From NCBI GenBank assembly GCA_964188305.1, contig OZ076887.1: 64,000 bases of DNA. One strand, given 5' to 3'. Below, one piece after another: positions 25,301-37,219 of this stretch. Position numbers and translations under genes: made by a program. The stretch's first letter is position 1. Each line of letters opens with the position of its first letter. The stretch is from Podarcis bocagei. Taxonomy: Eukaryota. The notes under the pieces were generated by a model. That model made no database searches and had not been told where the DNA came from. It worked only from the letters and a program-made list of their open reading frames with translations.

Positions 25301-26828
25301 TCATCCATACAGATTTAGCTTTTACAACTTTATGGCAAGTAGGAAATGCAGCCCAAGTGGAAGAAGCTGGTTTTATTTTTAATTTTATTTGAAAACTGTT
25401 CAAGAAGAATGCTTAGGCACGCTTGGTATTAGTGATAGTCTGGCCTGGCTCACACATGCGCACCCACCCCCACACACACCCCACTTAATTTCTCAACTCT
25501 GCTGGAAGAGTGCTCTGCAGCATGGGACATTAAGTTCTGGTGTATTTATTGTATTTCTATTTTAGCTTTCATTTGTATTAATATGCTGTTCACCATTTTG
25601 GGCCAAGGAAGCAAACTATAACATAAAAGCTTACTCAAGATTGCACTCATGGACCAAATCCAAAAATACTCAGGTATGCACATGGTTTTTTTGCACATGC
25701 AGGCAAACGACTTATCTTTCCAAAGGAAGGAGCTCATCAGTGTATGCAAAGCTATGACCAGAATGGATATATAAAAAGAGGGGGAGCTCTGGGTATTCAT
25801 TGAAGCTCTTGCCCTCACATCAGATTGATGAAGCATTGCTAATGACTACAGCTTTGGGGCAGTTCCTGTGAGTGACTAGTAAAATTTAACTGTTGTAATG
25901 AATCTCTGAAACAGATGACCAGCAGGCATTATGGCATTTTGCATTTCTCTACCAGCATGTAGTATTTGTGTGCTTAAGGTGCTAAAGGTTTTATCTGACA
26001 CCTCATTGAATGGCTACAGCTGTTTCTATGTGCAGGAGTCAACAGGGAAAGTGGCGCATTGCAGGGCTGGCTCTCATTTTGACCCTGTTTGCTCTTTGGA
26101 GAACAATCTTGGTGCCACAGCACTGCATTCAGAAGCATTCCTTCATAATCAAAAAGAAAATGTTTTCCCCGATTAAACCCTTTCATGCCAATAGGAGCCT
26201 TGTTTGATGCTATACATACAGCCACTGGGATGGGCAGCTGCTGCGTAGAAACCCTGAAAGGAAGGAGCGGGGAGCCCTAATTGAAAGGGTGAGCTATGTA
26301 GCCAAAGGCATAATTAGAGACCAGCATACTCTCGAGCCAGAAGTCAGGCCATCAATCACAAATCGCCAGAAAACCAAGCAAGAAAATGAACAAGTGTTCA
26401 GGGCACAGCTTAGAAATTCCTTTTACAGATTTCCAGGTTCTGATCTCAGTAGCACCAAATCTTAGATATAATATCACAGCTCCTATTTTAATTGCATAAG
26501 AAGGGAGGAAAATCTCAATATAATGACCTCAATTTTATTCCTTCTTCAAGGACAGATGGATTTTATTGATGCCCCCCTCCCCTGCTGCTTGTTCTTGAAG
26601 CTGTAGACTTCCAAGAGTGAGTTTACACAAGGCCCCAAAGGGTTTGTTTCCCTTGTGTGTATTGTGGCATGGGGCTCTTTCTTCTGAACCTCCTGTGTGT
26701 AAGGGGGAAATGCTTCTGGCCACACTTAGTTTTTAAATTATTTTCTTTCTAGGTATTTTTAGCTTATTTAAAACAAAATACCAACAATATTAGCTTCCAA
26801 GACCACACGATATCCGGCATGTTCTGAG

Positions 26829-26912
26829 CATAGCTGTCAACTTTTTCTTGCGAGGAATCCTATTCGGAATAAGGGAATTTCCCTTAAAAAAGGGGAAATG
26901 TTGACAACTATG
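26829..26912. mobile_element. 84-bp hAT-type mini-MITE
   Basis: TIRs CATAGCTGTCAAC / GTTGACAACTATG; perfect 8-bp TSD GTTCTGAG. Confidence 0.88.
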
Positions 26913-27774
26913 GTTCTGAGTGGTATGGCCTTGCTTGCTGTATACACTTGAGTGCTAGAAGTAATCTCAGTGCTGGAGTATCATTTCTGCTTCTTCCTAG
27001 ACTTGAAGAATGAAGAACCTGATGAGCTGCTGGTTTAGGCACATCCTTTCAGAGAAGACTTGGGGGTGACTCCAACTTTGCAGGGCCGGCCCTACTATGA
27101 AAAGAGCGAGACAAAGTGGCAACTGTGCCCTCCAACCATTTCCCCTGAGCCTCCCAGTCATTCTTCTTTGTTGGAGATCAGAGGTCCTGTCATATACCCA
27201 CTAAACAAGATTTCTGCCCTCAGCTGCCAGTGTTGAAGTAAAAGTCCAACGCTCCAATCAGCTTCTGTATATGGAATTCAAGAGCAGGGAAAAGAACCAA
27301 GTTACCTGAGGCATTTCCTCTCCCCATATAACCAAGCCTGACAACTGCACTCTTCAGATGAGGCACTGCTGAGAGTACCACATATGCCAGTGACATGCTT
27401 AGTTTGAACTAGAAGCCGGGTTTTTAATGTTGCATCTCCACTCCATTGGAATGAGTTGCTGACTGAAATTAGACAGACCAGCTGGCATCTAGGTGTTTGT
27501 TCAGCTACCAGATATATGTTTGTTTAAAAAGGCTTTCTCTGAAAGATGCCACATTCATTTTATGGAATATTCTTTTTTAAAAAACAATTGTGGAAATGGT
27601 TTTATTACATTGAGAGTCTCTATATTGTGTGTTTAATCTCTTATTTCTTATTGTACACTGCTTCTATAGCTTCTGGCTGTGAAGCAGTCTGAAAAGCTGT
27701 AAAATAAACAAATATTCCCTTCAGGTAGCAAAACATCCTAGCCTGGCTTGGTGTTTCTGGGCTCCTTTGGTTTG

Positions 27775-27897
27775 GTCTGGGGAATCTTGGCCCTCCAGAT
27801 GCTACTGGACTGCATTTTCCACCATCCCTAATTGGCTGACTGGGGCTGCCGGGAGTTGGAGTCCACAACATCTGGAGAACCAAAGACTCCCCAGTCC
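27775..27897. mobile_element. Palindromic hAT-type MITE (family of 3796-3931)
   Basis: GGCCCTCCAGATG...ACAACATCTGGAG inverted core. Confidence 0.65.
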
Positions 27898-28712
27898 ATC
27901 AATACAGGCTTGAAGCTCTAGCTTTCCAGTCGTGCTGCTTGGTGACAGATAGTACTCTCCCCCCTCCCCCCCATACATCATATATAAAGACTGCCCTCTT
28001 CCCTCTCGCTGGCTGATTTTCTTAAAAAGCATGATGATAGATTTCTTAATGAGAGAAATCTCATGTTAATGGCTGTTCTGAATTTTCTTATCTTTGGAAT
28101 ACAGTCCTCCTGATGTAAAATGCATGTGAAGCCTTGTGTTAAGAACTCTTATTATTGATCTAAATCCATGTGATATAAACTTCAGCCAGTAGATTATTAG
28201 GACTAAGTCCAGAATGGGTGGGTATGCACTCCACAGTGAAGGGTTGTGTCCCCCCCCCTTTTAAATTTAAATCTAGTGTGCACTGAAAGCTAGGATAATG
28301 AATAAAGAATTAATTTTACCCAGGCAGACGCTGCACTTCTGGCTCCAAGTGATTTGGCTGCAACATTCATTACATTTCCTTTCCAGTGTGGTCTTCAAAA
28401 GCCTTATGTACCTGGGGACCATGGTTTCAAACTCGCTGCTCAGCGTTATGCAGAATGAATTTCCTAAGAGCGAATGAATGAATCCAAAGTCATCTAGACA
28501 GATGGCCTCTCTTTCCACTCACTTGCGGTCTTGGTACATAATTTACTGAAAAACACATGCCCTGCCAAAAAGTCAACTCTGTTCGAGTCCTGCTTTGCTG
28601 TGTATTCTAGCAAGAGATATTTCTGTTCTGTCGGTTTGGGACAATCAAAAGTGAAAGTCCGACGTTGTCTCTGAAGAGATGGGGTGATGTATATGAATGT
28701 GACTCTGTACAG

Positions 28713-28846
28713 CAGAGTTGGCAAATCTGCCTGGCTCTCCAGATGGACACCAACTCTCATCAGCCCCAGCCAATTTGGTCAATGATTCGGGATTATGTGA
28801 GTTGGTGTCTAACAACATCTGGAAGGCCACAGGTTAGTTACCCCTG
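28713..28846. mobile_element. Palindromic hAT-type MITE
   Basis: CAG...CCCCTG ends, CTCCAGATG/CATCTGGA core, TSD CTGTACAG / CTGTAGAG. Confidence 0.75.
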
Positions 28847-30191
28847 CTGTAGAGACTAAAATTCAACTTCTAGACTTACTTGATTCCCTCTTAATAGGAT
28901 GGGACTGAAGACTCTTTTGGAAAAAAGCGCTTTTGATTATTCAGTTCCTTCCTTATAGAAAGTGACATATCTGCAGATACCAGTGCAATCAAATGAAGTA
29001 TAAAATCCTAAATGAACTGCTCCAAAGACTTGGGGTTGGGATCCACATAGCTGTGAGAAGCCCAAGGGTTGCCATACATCTGGAATTTCCCGGACATATC
29101 CGAAATACTGCAGTCAAAAGCAGTGTCTGGGTGGAAATCAGCTAAACGTTTCCTTCTGGGAAGGTAGAATCCAACAGTCTTCACTGAGCTTCACCCAGGA
29201 GCAACTATTTCCACTTGATTCTGATTTTGAATTCAAGAGACCAGGCTATTATTTGGGCCCCAGTTCCTTCAAAGATAAAGCTGGAGAAAAAGCAGAAGTT
29301 TCCCATGGTAAACCATCATTACTCCTTGAATTGGTCAAAAAGAAACCGGAGAACAGGCAAATGAGAAGAGGGGCAAATGATAAACAGAATATCTAAGTAC
29401 AGGGGTTGGTAGGGTGCTTTCCTGTCAAGATGCCAAAGTGCAGTTGAAATGTTTGAGGAAAATTTTTTACGAGCTTTCGAGTTGCCCTTTTGAAGCCACA
29501 AGCAATGAATAGATGATTGCCTTGCTAAGCTGCTGTGTGATATTTCAGGATGCCTAATCTGCCCTAATGCAGAGACTCAATTAGTGTGACGCTTTATGAA
29601 AATAATGGACTCTAATTGTCTGCCATGGGTGCGTATCATGTGCAGCACACTCTCGGAGTGGTTATTTTCTGCAGCAGTCGGGCCAGGTATACACAAAAGG
29701 AAGGAAAGCCAGAGTCTTCATCATCACAGTGCAAAAGAGCAACTTGGAGGTGTCATTTTCTGTGTGCACAGCGGTGGCATTTTAATCAAACGGCAATGAG
29801 AATTAATTACGGTGCAACCCAACTATCTAATTGCTTCCCCAAAACAGGATTCTTGTAGTGTATGCTTCTCATGTTTCAAATAGGAACGCTTCCAACAGCC
29901 TCTCGATGGTGAAAAGACCAAACATACTGATGGTGCAGAGGAACTTAATCAACAAATACTGCTATCTTAACTCTGTACTTAGTCAAATAATTATTTTTGC
30001 TCACCTTTCCCAAAATGCAGCTTTGGAAATGAAGCTGTTCTTTCCATTTCTTCTTTTCCCCCAGGTCATACTCCCATCAGTATGATCTCCACCCAGGGAT
30101 GATGAGATCTGTGGTCCCACAATTATCTGGAGGGCAACAGGTTCCTGATCCCTGGCCTAGGCACCACTCAGGCGATGCCACCTTTGTAACT

Positions 30192-30324
30192 TAAGGTTAC
30201 CAGACATCCCCATTTCCCAGGGACAGTCCCCAGATTTACAAATCAGTCACCTGACAAAACCCATCTATTTAGTAGGAAGTTGAAAAGTGTCCCCGGATTC
30301 ACTGAAAAAAATCTGGTAACCTTA
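30192..30324. mobile_element. hAT (Blackjack-like) MITE
   Basis: Perfect TIRs TAAGGTTACCAGA / TCTGGTAACCTTA; TSD TTGTAACT / TTTTAACT; GTCCCC subterminal repeats. Confidence 0.85.
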
Positions 30325-32206
30325 TTTTAACTTGTTCCACCAATGGCATGGATGGGATTAATGGAGGGAGAATCAGTACAGTATGACTATGCATGGAACC
30401 AGAGCAACCAGGTATGTTGTATGAGCACAATGCGCAACCCCCCCCCCATAGAACTATCTACATAGGTATGTCCTACAGATCATAGCCATTTCTCACTTTT
30501 ATATTTGTGCAATTGGGGATGGATATTGGCATACAAAATACAGAATCTTCTTATGTACAAATAAAACCCGGGTCACATCACTTTAAAATGCTCAGAGGTG
30601 GGCTGTGGAACATTCCTAGTTGCCATTTCCAAGCATGTTAAAGAGCCCCAGCATGCCAAATTGATGGAGCGCCTACTCCCATATCAACACTAACATCTGC
30701 CAATGGCCTTCTGCAAGTGCTCTTCCATCTGTGAGGGGACCAATGTCAATTAGACAGAGGTCTGTGATGCCACAATTATTGAATGCCCTCGCCAAAGAGG
30801 CTCGGCTGGAACCAACATCAGTAGCCTTTAAATGCCAGGCTAAACATTTCTGTATTTCCTCAAGCATTTTACAACTCGGTTTTTATTTCCATTCTTGAAT
30901 CTGCTGCTTGTTAATGCTTTGGAATACTGTATTTTTAGCTGGGTGGATTTTTTTATTTTTTATTTTGTAAACAATCATAACCTACTTTTCTTAGTTACAA
31001 AACAGAACACACAACAATCGGATTGTAGTTTTAATTATTGTAAACCTACCCTGGAACTGATTCTGATGAAGGATGCTACATCAATATTTCAAATTAAAAT
31101 AAAATTATGGACAAGCCCACCCTATTTAGTAGTTGTGCATCCATAATGGGGTACAAAATGGGTACAGGGAAAATCTGACCCTTGATCTCTGTTTTCTAAT
31201 GAGGTTTGGAGAAGGCAGTGCAATTGATCTGACTTTTCAGATTTAAGAGACTTTGAAATAAACCATCCTATCATCATTATAACTAACTTCCCAAAGGCTT
31301 TAGACTTAGTCAAAGTCCGGCAATTTAGAAATCATAAGGAGGCTTCCGTGGCTCTCTGGCAGCTCCAGACAAATTCAGCCACAAATTGAATTATTTGTAG
31401 CCACGAACCAAGTATCATGGAGAATTCAAGGCTGTGTGAGTGAGGTTTGGTTTTGTGCAGAGTTGTGCTGCTGGAGGGTGCTGCCAGATGTAAAATGGGT
31501 AAGGCAAAAGGTGTGACTTCACCTTTGGACAATAGGCTATAATGAAGTCACACCAAAGTCAGAGGTCTCTACAAACACAAATGGCGTAAACATATCTTCA
31601 TCTCGGTAAGGAAGAGACATGATTAACGGTTTATTATTGTTTTTATTCATAAATCCATGACATCCCAACATCATTCAAAATATATGATACATTTTTTTAA
31701 ACATAGCAATACAGTGTGCAACCTGTTAAAAGAGAAAATTCAGAAGCACATGAAATACATACTTGGCAATGACAATCATGGATGGCTTAGCTATCCAGGT
31801 GTCTTGGTAATAAATCTAATTTGTAATAAACCTCCCTGCCCTGCCAAATAATGCAAGAAGAGGTCCCACTTCCCTGCAAACTTGTCCCTCCTGCTTTCAC
31901 CCCTCATTACTGTATGTCTTGTAAACGTTACAGCTGGGGTAAGAAACCAGACTTTGGGCCTCCATCCTTTCAACGAGAACTGCTTGGAGTACTTCCAATT
32001 TAGATTTACACCCTGCTCTTCCTTGCAAAGGAGCCCAAATCAGCAGACAAGTGTTTTTAAAAAAATAAAAAGACAGCATCTTACAAACAATTCCAATTCA
32101 GATGCAGACTAGGAAAGATGTCAGCTTAAAAAGCCTGGATGTAGTTTTTTTTGCAGCTCTTCAAGGCTGTGTCACTAGAGTAGAGCTGAAAACCAATCTT
32201 CTGCAG

Positions 32207-32338
32207 CATAGATGCTGTTGGACATCGGCACCAGATGTTGTTGGACTCCCATCATGCCACTCCAATGGCCAGGCTGGTTAGGGCTGATAAGAGCTGGAGT
32301 CTAACAGCATTTGAAGGCCACCGTGTTGGGTATCCCTG
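32207..32338. mobile_element. Palindromic hAT-type MITE, degenerate
   Basis: CCAGATGTTGTTGGACT core, CCCTG end, TSD TTCTGCAG / TTCTACAG. Confidence 0.65.
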
Positions 32339-33676
32339 TTCTACAGTCTCCCCCAAAAAGGATTCAGCTTGTAAATTTTTCTAGTCTTTAATTCACAAGG
32401 ATTCAGTTCATGTCACACAATACCTTTGCAATGCCTTAGTTTTAGCAGAGGCTTTAATAAAATAAAATTTAAAAAATAAATGGGTGGTGCTTACACTCTG
32501 CTCATACAGCTGCTTATCTCACTTGTTACCTTGGGGCCAAGGTGCTTCCCCCCCCCCCTTTCTCTTACTGTGGGCTCCCCTACCAGGTTCACTATGCAGA
32601 TCATGCTCTGGCAGAAAAGGACAGACACTAAACAGAAGCACTATTAAGGAAGACAAAGTCTCTTGAGCATCGCTTCCAGCTACACATTAGCTATTAAAGA
32701 GGCACTAGTCAAGATATCTCATAAGCATCACCCTGTGATATGGATTTGATTTGACCCAGATATTACACAAACCCATGAACCAGCAACGAACAGATGCATA
32801 AGCCAAGAGCTTATGTTAGAGCCACTCAAACGATTTCTAGAACCAGAGAGATTTCAGTCAGAAATTCCCTGGCTCCTTAACTCCATATTTAATGACAAAC
32901 TGCAAGGTTGAGAAATGTAAAAATTACCTTGCATCGATATTAAACGGCTTTTAAAACCGCAGGACACACAAGCACACAGTCCCTGGTACTCCAAGTAAAC
33001 CTGGATAGGATTGCACTATAACCCGCTTGCCTGAAAGACCTAAGTGGAGTACCAGCATTTGAAAGCGACTGGCGCTACCCTGCAGTTCTTTATGTAGGAT
33101 GTAGCACAGTAAAAGGAAGAAACATGGAAGGTGAAACCAAGTCTGCAATTACGAAAAGAACAAAACTAATCCGGATTGCAGACTGAACAAATAAGAACAT
33201 AAGGAGAGGCCAGTTGCATCAGGCCAAAGGCTCATCTAGTCCCCCTCTGGTTGTTATACTGACCTGCCAGATGACTGTGGGAAACCGACAAGCAGGACCT
33301 GAATGAAAACAGTGTGGCGACGGAGCTTAATACAAATGCAACTGTCAGAGCCCTTTTGGTTTTGGGTGCTGAATACTAGTAAGTGCTACTGCTACGAATG
33401 CTTTTCATTCTGGACCAAAATATCCACTTGTGACATTGCTTTCTTTAAAAAGGTTTTCCTTGGCTCAAGTGTTTGCTGCAGCAGCATGAAGTTAGATTGT
33501 AGTTATTACTCCCCATAGTGCTACTGCATCAGAAACTACAGGAGCACACAGCTGAAATATATAGGACGTCGAAGGTGGGTGTCTGATATTATCTGCCTGT
33601 TCAGCCCTTCAATCCAAATAGCAATGACTGCCAAAATGAGAAATGATGGCAAAGATTTTCTCTGTGTTGAAATAAG

Positions 33677-33680
33677 TGCG

Positions 33681-33720
<40 letters not shown>
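33677..33720. repeat. Compound (GC)n(AC)n(AT)n microsatellite
   Basis: Direct reading; alternating purine-pyrimidine tract. Confidence 0.95.
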
Positions 33721-34103
33721 AACAAACAGAAAGTCTTTGATATCATTTTTCATTTCAGCAGTCATTGCTATTTGCTACACATATAAACAATCCTTATGTT
33801 CTTGCACTGCAATTTACGATTTAGCTCAAAAAAGTAAGAGTGCTTGCTTTAGTGGAAATTACAATGCTTGCAATTTGTGCCCTCTAGTTCTCTTCCTGTT
33901 ATTTTACAGACACTGTACTTGGAACAGGCTATTCATATCAGAATAGAAGCTGTCAACATGAATATTTATACATTAGAAACAGAGATTGGGGGAGAGAGAA
34001 AAGGTTCTTTTCAGATACATAGCTAGATGGACTCGGAAAGGCCACAGTATCTTCTTCTATTCCTAGACTTTCTATTATAAATTATGCTTTTAAAAAGCCA
34101 CTA

Positions 34104-34318
34104 CAGTGGATGCTCGGGTTGCGAACGTGATCCATGAGGGAGGCACATTCACAACCCACAGCGCTGCGTCTGCACACGTCGCGATTCGGTGCTTCTGCCC
34201 GTGCGTTAAGTGCGAGCGCCAAAACCTGGAAGTAACCCGTTCCGGTACTTCCGGGTTCGGAGTGATGCGCAACCCGAAAACACACAACCTGAAGCGTCTG
34301 TAACCCGAGGTATGACTG
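34104..34318. mobile_element. Tc1/mariner (Tigger-like) MITE
   Basis: TIRs CAGTGGATGCTCGGGTTG / TAACCCGAGGTATGACTG; TA TSDs; related to 9022-9266. Confidence 0.82.
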
Positions 34319-36679
34319 TATTTGTATTTATATTTAGCATCATGTTATACTTTATTTATTTCTTTGGAGGGGGTTGACATTAGCTTATACTGAACAATCT
34401 GTGCTGCATTATCTGATCAGCTTAAACATCCAAAGAGAGCATTCCTCAGCTGCATTTTATAAAAGGTAGGCTCTCATTTTTATCTTGAAATTTTTGAAAT
34501 GCATACTGGATAAAACAGTGCAATTTCCTCCTGTAACTTTACAAGCTTGGCTGTGTGTACTCTGCAATGGATAAAATCCAAATTTGCCAGAGTATGTTCC
34601 AAAAACATCTGGCTTTTGAGACCCACATAGTAAGTACCCTTACTATGTAAGACTCACAAGTAAGTACAAGATAAAATATTATGCATGCTTTGCATTATTC
34701 ATTTTGCTTGTCAGACTATGCTGGACCCTATAGCCCCAACCCCCCCTCCCCCACCCAAGTATTGAACCCCAATAAGGTCTAGTAAGGCCCACCCTGGCAC
34801 CTGCAATTTCAGCTGGCACTACCCACAGTTTTGTTACAAAGCCCATCTTTGCAGCTCAAAGGGGCAACAAATTGCCCGTTAAAACATGAAAAAGAGCACC
34901 ATTGGCTTTAGCCCTCTGTGTGTCCTTCTCTGTTCAAAAAGGAGCACGGCATGAATAAAACATGGTGGAATGTGACAATTGGAAATGGATGAGGCTTCTG
35001 CCTCTCATTTTCTGTCTTTCTCCTCCTGTACCCAATGAAGTCATCTTGCATCTCTCACTGGGACTGTGCCATTGCATAATTTACTTCGGCCTTGTGGCGA
35101 TAATTCTTTTGAAAAAAAGTGAACCTGTTCTTGGGCACACCATTTTTAACTTGGAATAAATAAGTGAAAATGGAGCAGGTGAGGATTTCCAACTCCAGCA
35201 CCCATCAGACTGCATTTGGCAATATAATACTTGTAGCTTTCCTATCATGTATGTATCTTGGGGTGTGCCTTTAGAGATTTTGTTAAACTTATATTTGCAT
35301 TAGTTGTTGCAAAATATATGACCAACAAACTCTAGAATTGGGATTCCAACTCAAACCAAATCAGGCAGTTGCTTTGGATGGAATAAGGATGTGATGAATT
35401 GGCTTTGAACCCAATTTTGTGGTTGGTGTACACCCCTAATATGAACACCAAACTATACCCAAGGCTATAGCTTGATAAGCAAAGCCAGTTAACAATGATA
35501 CAATTATTTCTCCCAAGACCTTATTTGTTGCCTTTTTATGAAGTTGCACCATAAAGCGTAAATATATGACAAGCACATAAACTGCCCTAATAACTTGGAG
35601 GACCACAGTATAGGCCTTACTAATAAACATATATACAGGTGACTCCCCATTTATGCGGGGATTGTGTTCCCAACCCTCCCATATGCGAAATCACCTAAAA
35701 TGGGATGTTGCCTGTATCAGCTCAGCTGATGCATGGGTAAGAGCCTCCCTATTCATCAGCTGTGGGAGAACCAAACTGTTCCTCTACTCATGTGCACATT
35801 ACTCCACTTCTGGTCCACATCATCTGCGTCAGAGATGCATTGTTCCTCTGGCTCGCACATGCAAGCAGAGGGTCAGCTCTGCTCTCTCACAGCTGAGCAG
35901 CTGTTTCCGTGCTACACTGAAAATCAGCTGTTAGGCAGGAAGGACTCATGCTCACAAGGAGATCCTCCCCAGAGCCTTAAGAGGACATCCTATTCAGGCT
36001 CTGGGAAGGGTCTCCTGACAAGCCAGGACGCCTCTCCAGGGTGTTCCCCATTTCCAGAATCCACTTCTGAGATTCTGGCACCACGTGTGTTTGTGGTCAC
36101 ATGTAAACAGAGCACGTGCAGATGGGGAGTTGTCTGTACTCCAAAAGAAATCACTGAGTTTAAATTCAGCATGTTCACCATTACACAGGAATGTACATTT
36201 CAGAATTTTGTGATCATGTCTGGGTAAAATTCAGTCAAATTTAAGCACTTTTAAAGTCCCAGTGATTTCAGTTTTTTGATGTTTAACTTGTTAATTAATA
36301 CATATACCTAATTTGTGTGCACCATATAAGATGCTCACAAACATGTAATACATTGGAGAAGCCTGCAGACAGTTTAACTCCAGATCAACTGGAAATATTA
36401 TTAGCAATGCTCATACACACAACCTCAAAACTGACCTCCTCGCTTTCCATTTTGGCATAACAGAGAAGTCACAAAAACACAATAAATACTGCATATTATC
36501 ATAACAGGAAGTTTAATTTGTTCAGCTCATCAAAACGTCAAGGTTTTAGTGTACATTGTTAAAAAAACAACTACAATTCTACTGCAGACTAAGATACTCA
36601 GAATGGAGAATCTTCAAGGATGTTCTGTTTCCTGACCTTCGAAGGTCAATCTTGCTACATTCAAGGAAGTAGCTTTGCC

Positions 36680-36744
36680 TTTATTTATCAATATTAAGTA
36701 AGGCTGGATTTTCAGAATGGGGATTCATATTACTGTCTTTTATT
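36680..36744 (-). promoter_or_regulatory. Candidate polyadenylation signals of TBC1D32 3' UTR
   Basis: Two AATAAA hexamers on the minus strand (36739-36744, 36680-36685), 350-420 nt after the stop. Usage not demonstrable from sequence. Confidence 0.35.
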
Positions 36745-37099
36745 GGCAAACTTGTATGCAATTTAGAAATTGAAGGTAGATGTTGAAGAGAAGCAAAGTT
36801 TAATAGTATGGAAATCACTCCAAGAAAATATAAGCAGGACATTTAAGTAATTCAAGGGCAGGTTCTGAAGCCAAGTGTAAACAAGGCTATGGTGCATGGC
36901 TAGAAAAACACATTATTTTTCAGATGAACCAATTTAGAGGATGTCTTGTGAAAGCAGAATGCTGAAAAGCCTTATTATTGATTTGGCAGTATGTACATTT
37001 AGAATGAATGCATTTTTATAGAGAAGTATATAAAACAAATAATCAGTGTCCTTTTAAGAACGTAACTAAAATTTGAAATGAGAGGCTCATTTGCTTGAT

Positions 37100-37219
37100 C
37101 TATGTGTTCTGCACTCTAATGTTCTTCATGTCTCTTAGCAGCACTGGTCTGTAGGTTAGAGCCAGGTTTTCCATGTATTTGAAATAATCACTCACTTGAA
37201 ATCCATGAAGTGCTTCTTC
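37100..37219 (-). CDS. TBC1D32: TBC1D32 terminal coding exon with TAG stop
   Basis: Acceptor aatgtgcag. Encodes [39 protein letters not shown], matching the recalled C-terminus of TBC1D32. Confidence 0.94.
   Translation of the reverse strand, partial: EEALHGFQVSDYFKYMENLALTYRPVLLRDMKNIRVQNT

Noticed and set aside
35653-36227. 164-aa ORF downstream of TBC1D32
   Set aside because: No recognisable homology; it begins in a small TA-flanked MITE-like remnant (35636-35714) and has no gene-structure support.
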